Numbered from the stretch's first letter, positions 1 to 10,216 are shown. The stretch is 64,000 bases of DNA from Desulfuromonadales bacterium (GCA_919902985.1 CAKKSC010000004.1:32230-96229), one strand, 5' to 3'. The notes: generated by a model from the letters alone, not told the origin. Made by a program: numbers and translations.

Positions 1-543
1 CCACCTGAGCTGACGAATAAGGCCAGAGCCTCTTTAGGTTCGTTATCGGGGCTGAAAATTGTTGCCATATTCCCTGGCGGAAGCATTCCTGAGCGACGAT
101 GGGGGGCGGAGAGGTTCCATAAGGTGGCAATGGAACTGGCGGGAAAGGGTTACGGGATAGTCGTTATTGGCGGAAAGGACGATATTGCGGATGGGGCTGC
201 TATCTCGGAAGGCATTTCGGGGACCATTAACTTATGCGGCAGACTTTCCCTGCCGGAGACGGCTGCGGTATTAAAGTATGTTTCATTGTTGATAACCGGA
301 GACTCGGGTGTTATGCATATCGCATATGGGCTTGGAACAAATATCCTGGCTCTTTTCGGCCCTGGGATTGAAAGAAAATGGGCACCAAGAGGAAGCAATT
401 GTGCTGTTATCAATAGGGGGCTTGGTTGCAGCCCGTGCACGAACTTTGGTTATACCCCAAAATGCGGGAAACGTGCGGAGTGCATGACTTTGATCACTGT
501 GGAAGAGGTTTACGGGAAAGCTATAGAGTTACTGAAAAGATAG
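1..543 (+). CDS. Glycosyltransferase family 9 (LPS heptosyltransferase-like), 5'-truncated by window edge
   Basis: Frame is open from base 1 (IVAIFPGGSIPERRW), then GT9 motifs 'NLCGRLSLPE', 'ITGDSGVMHIAYGLG', 'LFGP' and C-terminal CxPC..C..C. Confidence 0.9.
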   Translation, partial: PPELTNKARASLGSLSGLKIVAIFPGGSIPERRWGAERFHKVAMELAGKGYGIVVIGGKDDIADGAAISEGISGTINLCGRLSLPETAAVLKYVSLLITGDSGVMHIAYGLGTNILALFGPGIERKWAPRGSNCAVINRGLGCSPCTNFGYTPKCGKRAECMTLITVEEVYGKAIELLKR

Positions 544-627
544 AAAGGATAATGATGACCAGTTTTCCAAAAGGCCCCACAACTTCCTCTTGATATGACA
601 GTGGCTATATGAGATAATTTTTTATCT

Positions 628-1641
628 ATGAAGAAGCTGCCTATTATCTGGAGCGCATTGGCACTCCTTCTATTATTTACAGGTCAGTCTCTCGCATCAA
701 CCCCTCAGATTGGGCGGATGCGGGTTGCCATATGGCCGGAGTTTGACGACCCTGGCGCCTTGGTCATTTATGACGGCAGGTTCATAGATGACAGCTCTTT
801 CCCCATTGAAACGACCTTCCTTGTCCCGAAAGGCGCTGTAATAAGCGATGCATGCAGTCTCTCGCCAAAAGGACAGCACTTCTGCCAGTTGTTCACACAG
901 AGGAATGCCGGGGATATGGACGAGGTGCTGTTAAAGCTTCCTTACCCCAACTTCTATCTCAGCTTCCATATCAAGCCGTTCAAGGGCGACAACCCTTTGA
1001 GAAGGTTCAATTATGTCATAAAGACCAGCCATCCTGTGAGCAAGCTGGAAGTAGACATTCAGAGGCCCCTAAGGGCTGAGAATTTCACCATTAATCCCGA
1101 AACCCATGAGAAGGAAGAATTAAAGGGGTTTGAGCATTACCGCTATCTGATTAAAGACGGAGAAGCTGGGATGGTTATCCCCTTTGACATCTCATACAGG
1201 AAAGACGACAGCAGGCCGTCCGTGAGCATAAAATACTCGCCCATGAAGGGGGCAAAGACCTGGGGTGAGACCGACTACGCCAAGATTAATGATGTGGCGA
1301 GGGAGCTTGCATGCCCCTGCGAGTGCCCGTTGGTCTTGGAGGACTGCAATATGAGTTGCGGCCTTGACTGGAAAGACCAGATAGGGGAGATGCTAAGGGC
1401 AGGGAAGACAAAGGATGAGATAATAAAGGCATTCATTGCAAAGTATGGCAATGAATGCAAGATAACGCCGATAATGAGGATACAGGGAAAGTTTTTCCAG
1501 TACACAAGAAGGTTTGATACAATGGACTGGGCCCTTTTATGGGGTGGTGTCGCAGTGTCAGCAGGGTCTTTATTTTTAGGCATATATATGGTCGTCAGGA
1601 GGTTCCTGAAAAAGAGGACAACGGCTGGAGTGGACGGTTGA
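628..1641 (+). CDS. Exported protein with C-terminal CcmH/NrfF-like domain and membrane anchor
   Basis: Signal peptide; 'VARELACPCEC...LEDC...C...IGEMLRAGKTKDEIIKAFIAKYG' resembles CcmH/NrfF; C-terminal TM helix. Confidence 0.65.
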   Translation: MKKLPIIWSALALLLLFTGQSLASTPQIGRMRVAIWPEFDDPGALVIYDGRFIDDSSFPIETTFLVPKGAVISDACSLSPKGQHFCQLFTQRNAGDMDEVLLKLPYPNFYLSFHIKPFKGDNPLRRFNYVIKTSHPVSKLEVDIQRPLRAENFTINPETHEKEELKGFEHYRYLIKDGEAGMVIPFDISYRKDDSRPSVSIKYSPMKGAKTWGETDYAKINDVARELACPCECPLVLEDCNMSCGLDWKDQIGEMLRAGKTKDEIIKAFIAKYGNECKITPIMRIQGKFFQYTRRFDTMDWALLWGGVAVSAGSLFLGIYMVVRRFLKKRTTAGVDG

Positions 1642-2444
1642 GGGCATTTTTCATTGCTTCTTCTATATTTATAGGATTTCTGGCCGCCCTTGCCCTTGCA
1701 GCCTTTCTTATCCTCGTAGATACAAGCCCAATGGGAAGGATGGAGTATCTCTTTGAAATTGGCAGGCTGAGTGTATTCCGGTATACCGGCCTCGGCAACA
1801 TGAGTGACCGGGATGTAAAATTAATATATGAGGGCAGATGCACAAGGAAGTGCCACAGCCGTGATGTTGTAGAGCGTTCCGCCCATAATGTCAGGGAGTG
1901 GGAGGAGATTATAGGAAGGATGCGGACCGTAAATAAGGCAAATGTGACAAACAGCGAGGGAACAGTGATTACAACCTATCTCACAAAACGCTATGGGAGC
2001 AATATCCCCACCATCCTTACAGCCGAAGGCGGCAAATACCTGAAAAAATATCTTTGGCGGAGCGACTTCGGGGAAAGCGACCTGTATGTAGATATCATAT
2101 TCACCCCTATGGAGTATTTCAACTTTACAGGAGGGGGCAGCACTCTTGAAGGGTATGATGCCGGTAAATATATACTCTTCAAGGTTTATTTAAACACACA
2201 TCAGAACAAGCTTGCGCCCTACCCCCTTGAGCGTCTGGCAATACTTAAGACCGGCGAAGGCAAAGAATATAAACCTGAGATGTGGAAGGTGCTTTATGAA
2301 AGCGCTGATTATCACCACAGGGAAGGATTATTTGTATTTAAGGGTGTTGGCAACGACGCTACATCCATGTCTCTCTTCCTGATGGATTTACCGGGGCAGA
2401 AGGAGAGGATATTTCAGTGGGACCTTCCGATACCGGAAAAATGA
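1638..2444 (+). CDS. Membrane-anchored putative c-type cytochrome with CX3CH motif
   Basis: In-frame TTG at 1638 overlaps upstream TGA (ORF-track start 1539 less likely); N-terminal TM; 'CTRKCH' followed by 'WEEIIGRM' (candidate Met axial ligand). Confidence 0.6.
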   Translation: MRAFFIASSIFIGFLAALALAAFLILVDTSPMGRMEYLFEIGRLSVFRYTGLGNMSDRDVKLIYEGRCTRKCHSRDVVERSAHNVREWEEIIGRMRTVNKANVTNSEGTVITTYLTKRYGSNIPTILTAEGGKYLKKYLWRSDFGESDLYVDIIFTPMEYFNFTGGGSTLEGYDAGKYILFKVYLNTHQNKLAPYPLERLAILKTGEGKEYKPEMWKVLYESADYHHREGLFVFKGVGNDATSMSLFLMDLPGQKERIFQWDLPIPEK

Positions 2445-3022
2445 ATATACTACACAATAAACTAACCACGGAGACACAGAGACACAGAGTAAATATTTTT
2501 ATGCCTCTTCTCCGTGCCTCCGTGCCTCTGTGGTTAATCATTGTCCTTTTCCTGGGTTGCAGCAAAGAGCCCAGGGGGACGCAGCCAACAATCAAGATTG
2601 GGGAAACTGCCCCCCCTTTTTCCCTTGAACTGATAGACGGGAGGACCGTAACGCTTGACACATTCAAGGGGAAGCCCCTGGTATTAATAAATATGGCATC
2701 CTGGTGTCCCTGCTCCCACGATAGCGCACCTGTCTTCAAGGAGGTTTATGAAATATACCATCCTAAGGGTGTTGAGTTCCTGATGCTCGGGATACAGGAC
2801 TCAAAGAAAAAGTTTGAAAAATTTGTGAAGAAGAAGGAGTTCAAATTCCCTGCTGGGTTTGACAAGGGGGATGTTATTTCCAAAACATACGGTGTAAGCG
2901 CCCCTCCGACAACATTCTTTATAGACAGTGATGGAAAGGTAGTAAGCGCCTTCTATGGCAAGATAATAGAGAAAGAAAGGCTATCTGCATGGATCGACGA
3001 GATAGTTCCCAGGGAGGAGTAA
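2441..3022 (+). CDS. TlpA/ResA-family thioredoxin-like lipoprotein (atypical WCPCS active site)
   Basis: Lipobox 'FLGC', 'APPFSL..IDG', 'NMASWCPCS', 'YGVSAPPTTFFID..G'; start uncertain (2441 or 2501). Confidence 0.85.
   Translation: MNILHNKLTTETQRHRVNIFMPLLRASVPLWLIIVLFLGCSKEPRGTQPTIKIGETAPPFSLELIDGRTVTLDTFKGKPLVLINMASWCPCSHDSAPVFKEVYEIYHPKGVEFLMLGIQDSKKKFEKFVKKKEFKFPAGFDKGDVISKTYGVSAPPTTFFIDSDGKVVSAFYGKIIEKERLSAWIDEIVPREE
2464..2535. repeat. REP-like palindrome built of 8-bp units
   Basis: aaccacggagacacagagacacagag (2464-2489) ... ctccgtgcctccgtgcctctgtggtt (2510-2535), imperfect inverted repeat. Confidence 0.75.
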
Positions 3023-3802
3023 TTGATTATAAAGGACGTCGGTTTCCTCATCGCCTTCTGGGGCGGTTTTTCATCCTTTTTTACACTCTGGCAGCTATGC
3101 CTGATGCAGATAACGCCATTCTTTCTTGCCTTTGCGGCAGGTCTATATTTGCTGGAAGATAACAGCAATTCCGCAGCCCGCAATCCGCAATCCGCACTTG
3201 TCAGCCTTCTCCTGGCATGCGCTGGGTACATTCTCGGTTTCAGCATCGTATTTGCTTTGATGGGAACATCTGGATGGGGAACTGCTTCATACATACTTTA
3301 CAACATTGATGACTTCAGGACCGCAGCCGCTATCTATATAACAATTATCGCCCTGTTGATGGCGCTTTACAACTTTTATGGAAGCCTCGCCAGCTCTTTA
3401 GACAAGCTCAGGATGAACGATGATATAACCTTATTTGACAAACCTATCCTGTTCCGCATCTTATATCTTCCAGCAGGCCTTCTCCTTGGGGCATCCTTTG
3501 CCCTGGCCTATTCACCGTGCATCCCGCCTGTTATGTCCGATATAATGAACTTTGCCGGCAAGCCTAACAATGCCCTCAGGGGCTTTCAACTTCTGATTGT
3601 ATACGGTTTTGGAGTGACTTTGGCATTCTCCATTTCAGGGTCTGCGCTCGCCATTCTGGCTGGTTATTTCACAGAGAGAAGGTCTGTAAAGGTCACTATT
3701 GCCTATCTGTCTTCAGGGACCTTGTTCCTCATGGCATTTCTGATATTCACAGACCTGATGATCCGCTATAAGTCGTTTCTGGTGGGGCTGGTCCTCGATT
3801 GA
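3023..3802 (+). CDS. ccdA: CcdA/DsbD-transmembrane-family cytochrome c biogenesis protein
   Basis: About 6 TM helices; 'AFWGGFSSFF..LCL', 'GFSIVFALMG', 'FALAYSPCIPP', 'YGFG'; adjacent to TlpA. Confidence 0.8.
   Translation: MIIKDVGFLIAFWGGFSSFFTLWQLCLMQITPFFLAFAAGLYLLEDNSNSAARNPQSALVSLLLACAGYILGFSIVFALMGTSGWGTASYILYNIDDFRTAAAIYITIIALLMALYNFYGSLASSLDKLRMNDDITLFDKPILFRILYLPAGLLLGASFALAYSPCIPPVMSDIMNFAGKPNNALRGFQLLIVYGFGVTLAFSISGSALAILAGYFTERRSVKVTIAYLSSGTLFLMAFLIFTDLMIRYKSFLVGLVLD
3167..3199 (+). repeat. 7-bp tandem repeat (aatccgc) inside ccdA
   Basis: attccgc agcccgc aatccgc aatccgc. Confidence 0.6.
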
Positions 3803-3835
3803 CAGCAGCATGACCTTTCATATTTTTTCAGTATG

Positions 3836-4945
3836 TCAACCCAAGACAGTCAATATAGTAGATACTACCTTCTTGATCTCTTCCTCTGTCAATTCCGGAA
3901 ATATCGGAAGGGAAAGTACCTCCTGAGATACCTTCTCCGTTATTGGGAGGGAAAGCCCCTGGTAATCTTTTTTATAGACATCCTGCTTGTGCAGAGGCAC
4001 TGGATAGTATATGGCTGAGGCAATACCCTCTTTAGCAAGGGCCTCTATTATCCTGTCCCTGCTACTGGTCTTCACTGTGTACTGATGGTAAACGTGCATT
4101 CCGTTACCATCTTCGAAAGGCGGAGTTACGCCGGTCCCTTCGAGCATCTTTGAATAGAGGTGGGCGTTCCTGTTCCTCAGTTCATTAAATCTCTTCATCC
4201 TCTTAAGCTTGACCCTCAGTATGGCGGCCTGGATCTCATCCAGCCTTGAGTTGTATCCTATTACGGAATGATAGTAACGGACCTTGCTTCCGTGGTTCCT
4301 GAGCATCTTCACCTTCTCCGCCAGTTCAGGATCGTTTGTAGTCACCATCCCGCCGTCGCCATAGCAGCCAAGGTTCTTGCTCGGGAAGAAGGAGTAGCAG
4401 CCGAATTCGCCGAAGCTGCCCGTCATCTTACCCTTGTAATCCCCACCGAAAGACTGGGCGCAGTCCTCTATGACCTTCAGCTTATGCTTCTTCGCTATGG
4501 CCATTATGGGGTCCATGTCAGCGGCCTGGCCGTAGAGATGTACAGGGATGATCGCCTTCATCCTTGAGACGCCATGGGCGACTATGTATTCCTCCATCTT
4601 CTTTGGGTCTATATTGAAGGTCCTTGGGTCTATGTCAACAAACACCGGCTTTGCACCTACATAGCTGATCGCCTCTGCTGTTGCAATGAAGGTAAAGGGC
4701 GTTGTTATGACCTCATCCCCCTTTCCAATTCCGCTGGCAAGAAGGGCCAGGTGCAGAGCTTCGGTGCCGTTGGCCAGGCTTACGGCATGCTTGACGCCAA
4801 GGAATGCGGCTGCCTCCTCCTCGAATCTCTGTACGTTGGGGCCGAGAATAAATTGGGTTGCCTCCAGCGCATTGAGAACCGCTTCATCTATCTCGCTCTT
4901 GATTTCGTGGTACTGCCTCTTCAGATCAACCATGGGTATCTGCAT
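3836..4945 (-). CDS. DegT/DnrJ/EryC1/StrS-family PLP aminotransferase (nucleotide-sugar)
   Basis: 'NGTEAL', 'IIPVHLYGQ', 'EDCAQSFG', '[15 protein letters not shown]', '[12 protein letters not shown]'. Confidence 0.95.
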   Translation of the reverse strand: MQIPMVDLKRQYHEIKSEIDEAVLNALEATQFILGPNVQRFEEEAAAFLGVKHAVSLANGTEALHLALLASGIGKGDEVITTPFTFIATAEAISYVGAKPVFVDIDPRTFNIDPKKMEEYIVAHGVSRMKAIIPVHLYGQAADMDPIMAIAKKHKLKVIEDCAQSFGGDYKGKMTGSFGEFGCYSFFPSKNLGCYGDGGMVTTNDPELAEKVKMLRNHGSKVRYYHSVIGYNSRLDEIQAAILRVKLKRMKRFNELRNRNAHLYSKMLEGTGVTPPFEDGNGMHVYHQYTVKTSSRDRIIEALAKEGIASAIYYPVPLHKQDVYKKDYQGLSLPITEKVSQEVLSLPIFPELTEEEIKKVVSTILTVLG

Positions 4946-4959
4946 AATCTCTCCTCGTG

Positions 4960-5763
4960 TTAAACTGCCACTATCGTAACGCCGTTTCTGTCAGCCTCTT
5001 TTATCACATCCTCCATATCAACCACAAATGTCTTTTCCGCCTCTATGGCAAGAACCTTACCGTTAGCATCTTTGATAGAGGTTAAAGTATTCATTCCAAT
5101 TGTGGGGATATCAAACCTCAGGTCCTGGTCAGGTTTTGCAACCTTGACGACTACAATGCCGCCTCTTCCCAGTGCCCCTCCCCTCTTTATCGCCTCGTCA
5201 GTACCCTCAATAGCCTCTACAGCCATTACTGCCTTATCTTTAATAATAACCGTTTGACCTATGTCAAGTCCAGCTATCCCTTTTGCCATCTCCATCCCAA
5301 ACTCTATATCCGCCATCTCTTCCCTGGTTGGCTTTCTCTTAGTAAGTATGCCGGGGCCAGGCATCATCTCCTCAAGGAATATGGTCTGCTCAATGACATC
5401 GATCCCCTCTTTTTTAAGCTCATCAACTATGGCCAGCATTATGGTGTCATCCTTCCTGTCCTTGAGCCTTGCCATCAGTGTAATGGCCCTGAGATCAAAC
5501 TTTATATCCTTGAATATGAGGGACTTGTTGACCTTCCCTATGAAGACCAGTTCCTTTATCCCTTCATCCTTGAAGGTCTTTATGATCTTACCTACCTGCC
5601 CCACGCTGAACGAATGAAGCTGGCTGACGATCCCGTCAAGCCCCTTCCTTGCCTCCTCTGCAATGGCAACGGCAACGATCTCCGCACCTTTTGCCCTGGC
5701 CGCTTTCGCCCATATAAATGGCATCTCTCCGGCGCCTGCGATGAGGCCTATCTTATTTGTCAT
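4960..5763 (-). CDS. lpxI: UDP-2,3-diacylglucosamine diphosphatase LpxI
   Basis: 'IGLIAGAG', 'DIGQTV', 'AVEAIEGTD', '[11 protein letters not shown]'. Confidence 0.92.
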   Translation of the reverse strand: MTNKIGLIAGAGEMPFIWAKAARAKGAEIVAVAIAEEARKGLDGIVSQLHSFSVGQVGKIIKTFKDEGIKELVFIGKVNKSLIFKDIKFDLRAITLMARLKDRKDDTIMLAIVDELKKEGIDVIEQTIFLEEMMPGPGILTKRKPTREEMADIEFGMEMAKGIAGLDIGQTVIIKDKAVMAVEAIEGTDEAIKRGGALGRGGIVVVKVAKPDQDLRFDIPTIGMNTLTSIKDANGKVLAIEAEKTFVVDMEDVIKEADRNGVTIVAV

Positions 5764-8144
5764 TATGTAACAACCTCAATATTCACAAAACAAGGGCCGC
5801 CGTCTGGTGAGAAGAGCTTCTGTGAGCCGTTGATAGGATGAATAGGCAGATATACATTTCCAGGCAAGACCGAATCCTTGACGGAGACCTTTACAATAAC
5901 GCCTCCGGCCTCTGAATTAACTCTGACCGTTGAGCCATTCTTGATGTTGAGCTTATCTGCATCATGCGAGTTCATTTCCAGAATGGCCTCAGGGGCCGCA
6001 TCGAAGAGGGGTTTACATTTTTCAAACAGAGAGTAAGAACCATATAGCCTTTTGCCGGTGAGGAGAAGGAATGGATAATCTCTTTTTGGTTCCAGGGCTG
6101 ATAATATTGAAACAGGAACGATATTCCTTCCTGATACATTTACACCTGGATTTTTCTGTGAGGAGACTTCCCTTGGAATATCCATTGACCACCTCAGTCT
6201 CGTTGCCAGTTCACCAATTATCTCAAATCCCGGCCTGGCGTTTCCAAATGGTTTAAGGGATCCCTTAATTCTCCTTGCATTTCCTTGATGGTCCCAATAT
6301 GTCCCATCCATTTCAGCGAATGCCTGGGAATTAAGAACCACATCAGCGGCTTCAGCTGTCTTTGTCATATTGGAGTCCTGGACTATAAGGAACTCCAAAG
6401 TCCTTAACACCTCACCCCAGCCGCCTGGCCAGTCACCAATCGGGTCCTCGCCTGCAACGTAAAGGGCCTTGACCCTTCCTTCTTTTATCGCTTGGTAAAG
6501 GGCCCTAATGTCCCTTGCGTCCTTATGGATGGCTACAGCCCCCCAACTGTTACTCTCATCTAATACCGGAAACAGGCCGGAACCTTCCGTATCCGCTTTT
6601 CTCGTCAGTATCAGAAGGTTAGCAGCGGCAACACCTAAAGAGCGATTGTCACCGTAAGAATAATCATCGCCAACAACAATGCATGGCCTTTCTGCCTCTG
6701 ATATGGCACTGGCCACCTCTTCAATCAACCTTCCGCTGACACCAGTCAATGACTCTAACTGCTTTTCATCGAGGGCCTTCAACCAGTCCGCTGTAGAGGC
6801 AGATTTTAAACTTGCCCCTACACGTTTCCCTATCCAGGTCAGCAGCAGAGCCTCAGTCCCAGGTTTGGGCGCTAACCATCTCCACGATGATTTACATAAC
6901 TCGATCTTCCTTGGATTTATAACAACCGACCTTGACTCTTTAAGCCTTGCAGTCCTGCTGATCCTGTTTGCCAGGAAGGGGTTGGTCTCTGTAAGGTCGG
7001 AGCCTATTACAATGATGAGGTCTGATTTATCTATGCAAGTCAGCGGCCTCGAATAGCCCTCGCCCATGACCTCCCGAATACCGACGATGGCAGTATTACC
7101 AACACCGCTTGATAGTATTACATTCCCCTCTCCCAATGAAGAAAATAGTGAGGCAAAAGCCAGGTGTTCCTCATTGGTAAGCCTTGGAGATGCTATCCCC
7201 CAAACGGCCTCGGGGCCATATTTTTCCTTGATATCCTTTATGTTAGAGGCCGCCCTCGCAAGGGCGTCATCCCAGCTCGCCTCCTTCTGAACTCCGGCAA
7301 TCTTGTTCAAAGGGGCCTTCAGCCTGGATGGATGATTGATGAAGCCATACCCGAACCTGCCCCTCAGACAGGGGTGTCCCTGGGAGAAGTCGGTCTCTGA
7401 GACAGCTGTAACCCTGTAAATCTCATCACCGGAAGTGTTCAATACCAGTTGGCATCCGTCAGAACAATGGGGGCAAGTGGTCTGAGTCTTTTTAAGGTCC
7501 CAGGACCTTCTGGAATGGAGTTTAAACGGGTGATCGAGCAGTGAACCCACCGGGCAGACCGCTATCACTCCAGCGATAGACTCCGCATCAGGGTCCTTCT
7601 CAAGATGCCTGTCCATCTCAGACGAATATCCGCCGCTGCCATGATAGTCAAAGGCCCTGACCCCTTCAATATCCTCAGTATACCTTGCGCATCTGACACA
7701 CTGGATACACTTCTGGAAGTCAATGTAAAGGAAAGGGTTTGCTCCGACCTTTGTCCGAAGCGGGTTATTGAGTTTATATCTATTCTCCTTGACCTCAAAG
7801 GCATGGGTAATGTCCTGGAGCTCACACTCCCCCCCTTTGTCGCATATGGGGCAATCCAGCGGATGGGTGGCAAGGATAAGCTCCAGCATCATCTTCCTGA
7901 GTTCCCACAGTTTTGGGGTATCGGTCCTCACTACCATACCATTTTGAGCAGGGACATGGCAGGAGGCCACAGGTTTCCTCTCCCCTTCCACCTCCACCAC
8001 GCAGACCCTGCAAGCACCGATTGGGGACAGCCCCTTATAGGCGCAAAGTGTCGGTATATAGATACCCACGGACCTCGCAGCATCAAGGATGGTTGTATTG
8101 GCCTCTACAGAAATCGTTTTCTCGTCTATGGTAAGTTCAATCAT
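5763..8144 (-). CDS. NuoG/FdhF-like Fe-S, molybdopterin-fold oxidoreductase subunit (SfrA-like)
   Basis: 2Fe-2S 'IPTLC..GACRVC..ASC', 'HPLDCPICDKGGECELQ', 'CIQCVRC', 'CPHCSDGC', C-terminal molybdopterin dinucleotide-binding fold. Confidence 0.85.
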   Translation of the reverse strand: MIELTIDEKTISVEANTTILDAARSVGIYIPTLCAYKGLSPIGACRVCVVEVEGERKPVASCHVPAQNGMVVRTDTPKLWELRKMMLELILATHPLDCPICDKGGECELQDITHAFEVKENRYKLNNPLRTKVGANPFLYIDFQKCIQCVRCARYTEDIEGVRAFDYHGSGGYSSEMDRHLEKDPDAESIAGVIAVCPVGSLLDHPFKLHSRRSWDLKKTQTTCPHCSDGCQLVLNTSGDEIYRVTAVSETDFSQGHPCLRGRFGYGFINHPSRLKAPLNKIAGVQKEASWDDALARAASNIKDIKEKYGPEAVWGIASPRLTNEEHLAFASLFSSLGEGNVILSSGVGNTAIVGIREVMGEGYSRPLTCIDKSDLIIVIGSDLTETNPFLANRISRTARLKESRSVVINPRKIELCKSSWRWLAPKPGTEALLLTWIGKRVGASLKSASTADWLKALDEKQLESLTGVSGRLIEEVASAISEAERPCIVVGDDYSYGDNRSLGVAAANLLILTRKADTEGSGLFPVLDESNSWGAVAIHKDARDIRALYQAIKEGRVKALYVAGEDPIGDWPGGWGEVLRTLEFLIVQDSNMTKTAEAADVVLNSQAFAEMDGTYWDHQGNARRIKGSLKPFGNARPGFEIIGELATRLRWSMDIPREVSSQKNPGVNVSGRNIVPVSILSALEPKRDYPFLLLTGKRLYGSYSLFEKCKPLFDAAPEAILEMNSHDADKLNIKNGSTVRVNSEAGGVIVKVSVKDSVLPGNVYLPIHPINGSQKLFSPDGGPCFVNIEVVT

Positions 8145-8161
8145 TGTTAACCTTTGAAAAG

Positions 8162-8245
8162 AGGATTAGAGGGGTAAGGGGTAGAGGGGTAAGAACCTTT
8201 AATCTCAAATTCTTAATCCTATATCCCTTTAATCCTTTACCCCTG
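8162..8245. repeat. Intergenic imperfect palindrome of ~8-bp units
   Basis: aggattagaggggtaaggggtagaggggtaag ... atcctatatccctttaatcctttacccctg. Confidence 0.55.
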
Positions 8246-8248
8246 AAT

Positions 8249-10216
8249 TCATTCCGGCACAATCACAAGGGACCTGTAACACCTGGTACAGCGCATTGCC
8301 TCTCTTATGTATGAGTCCCTTGGGAAACCGCACTCTATCTCCATAAAACCGGGGACCCTGTGCTCATGAGGTATACAGAGCATCATCTCCCTGGCGCGGC
8401 CCTTTATTGCCTCCAGTGAGTTCCCCTCTATCTTAGTGAGTTCAATGAGCAGCCTGTTAAACCTGTCCTGAAGCATGAAAGCCTCATAGGTCTTTTCAAC
8501 CTCAGGGGAGCTCTTCCCGCCGTTCAGATATCTGTCCATATGTAATGCCGCCCTGTGGCCCGTACCTATGGCCTCTACCACTGTAGCAGGCCCCAGCACA
8601 GCGTCCCCTGCTGCAAAGACCCCGGGTCTGTTGGTTTCAAAGGTTACAGGGTTCACCTCAAAGGTCTTTTTTCTGGAAATAGCAAGGCCCGCCTTCCCGA
8701 AATAATCTGTCTCAGGCTCCTGACCTATGGCAGCAATCACGGAATCGCATTCAATGACAAAGGTTGAGCCTTCAATCGGCACAGGGGCCCGTCTCCCCTT
8801 TTCATCCGGGGGACCGAGCTCCATCCTCTGGAGCTCCATACCTGTAATCCGGCCATTCTCGCTAAATATCCGCAATGGGGCTGCAAGGAAATGCATTATC
8901 GCCCCTTCCTGTTCAGCCTCATTGATCTCTATAAGCCCGGCTGGAGCCTCGTCCTTAGTCCTTCTATATGCAAGATGAGACTCCGTGCAAGCGATTCTCA
9001 CACAATCCCGGACAGCGTCAAAGGCAACGCTCCCACCGCCAATGACAACCACCTTATCACCAGGTTTTGAGTCATCTCCCATGGAAACATTTCTCAGGAA
9101 GGTCGCTGCGTCTATATATCCCTGGAGCCGTTCATCTTCGCCAGGTATCCCGAGCTTTGACCCTTTATGGGCGCCAACTGCAACAAATACAGCCTCATAA
9201 CCGTCTTTAAAGAGGTCATCTATGGTATAGTCTTCACCTATTTTGGTGTTGACCTTGAATTCAACCCCTTCTTCCCCAATCTGCCGGATCTCTTCGTCCA
9301 GTATCTCCTGGGGGAGCCTGAAGTCAGGGATGCCGACACGGAGCATACCGCCTAACACCGGGAGTGATTCAAATACAGTAGGCCTGTAACCAATCAGGGC
9401 AAGGTAGTATGCAACGGCAAGGCCGGCAGGTCCGCTTCCGACCACTGCAACCCTGGCCCTTGGGTTCTTGATTCTCTCATCCCTTGCCATCCTCCCCTTA
9501 AACTTCCAGGCATCAACCTTCTCATCCTTGTTTGGGAAGCTCCTTACCTCGTCAGCCAGGACCCTCTTAAGCTGGCATATGGCAATAGGTTCGTCGTACT
9601 TGTTCCTTTGACAGGCCGTCTCGCATGGATGAAAGCAGACCCTTCCCAGGACGCCGGGAAGCGGTATCGTCTCCATGACTATGTCGCGGCCCGGACCGAA
9701 CCTTCTCTCCAGTATGGCCTCAATATAAGTTGGTGCATCACAGTAGGCAGGACAGGCATTCTGGCATGGAGCAGTAGTCAGGGATTGATAGAACAACGGC
9801 TTGCAGCGCTTACCTTTCAGGTGGGCCTCATACTCCTCTCTAAAATAGGTGACACTGTCTTTTACTGCGTTCTGGGCAGTCTCACCCCAGACGCATAAGG
9901 CAGTATCTTTAATACCGGCAGAAAGCTCATACATCTTGTCAATATCTTCAATAGCCCCTCTTCCGGCTGCGATATCTGTTACCATGTCCAGGAGGACCTT
10001 TGTCCCGACCCGGCAGGGGGTGCACTTCCCGCAGGACTCCTTCTGAATGACCTCCAGAAGCGACTTTATAAGCTCAACAACACAAACATCTCTATCGAGT
10101 ATTATCAGGCCGCCCCAACCGGCAATGGCCCGTATCCCCTGAAGAAGCTCCGGCTTCACGCCGGTATTGCGTCTCCTCTCAGCCCCGCCCCAGCTATCGA
10201 GAACTATCTCTTTCAT
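8249..10216 (-). CDS. NuoF-type 4Fe-4S plus GltD-like FAD/NAD(P)H oxidoreductase (SfrB-like)
   Basis: 'ESCGKCTPCRVG', 'APCQNACP', 'GRVCFHPCE', 'GSGPAGL', 'GGMLRVGIPDFRLP', 'FAAGDAVLGP'. Confidence 0.88.
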   Translation of the reverse strand: MKEIVLDSWGGAERRRNTGVKPELLQGIRAIAGWGGLIILDRDVCVVELIKSLLEVIQKESCGKCTPCRVGTKVLLDMVTDIAAGRGAIEDIDKMYELSAGIKDTALCVWGETAQNAVKDSVTYFREEYEAHLKGKRCKPLFYQSLTTAPCQNACPAYCDAPTYIEAILERRFGPGRDIVMETIPLPGVLGRVCFHPCETACQRNKYDEPIAICQLKRVLADEVRSFPNKDEKVDAWKFKGRMARDERIKNPRARVAVVGSGPAGLAVAYYLALIGYRPTVFESLPVLGGMLRVGIPDFRLPQEILDEEIRQIGEEGVEFKVNTKIGEDYTIDDLFKDGYEAVFVAVGAHKGSKLGIPGEDERLQGYIDAATFLRNVSMGDDSKPGDKVVVIGGGSVAFDAVRDCVRIACTESHLAYRRTKDEAPAGLIEINEAEQEGAIMHFLAAPLRIFSENGRITGMELQRMELGPPDEKGRRAPVPIEGSTFVIECDSVIAAIGQEPETDYFGKAGLAISRKKTFEVNPVTFETNRPGVFAAGDAVLGPATVVEAIGTGHRAALHMDRYLNGGKSSPEVEKTYEAFMLQDRFNRLLIELTKIEGNSLEAIKGRAREMMLCIPHEHRVPGFMEIECGFPRDSYIREAMRCTRCYRSLVIVPE

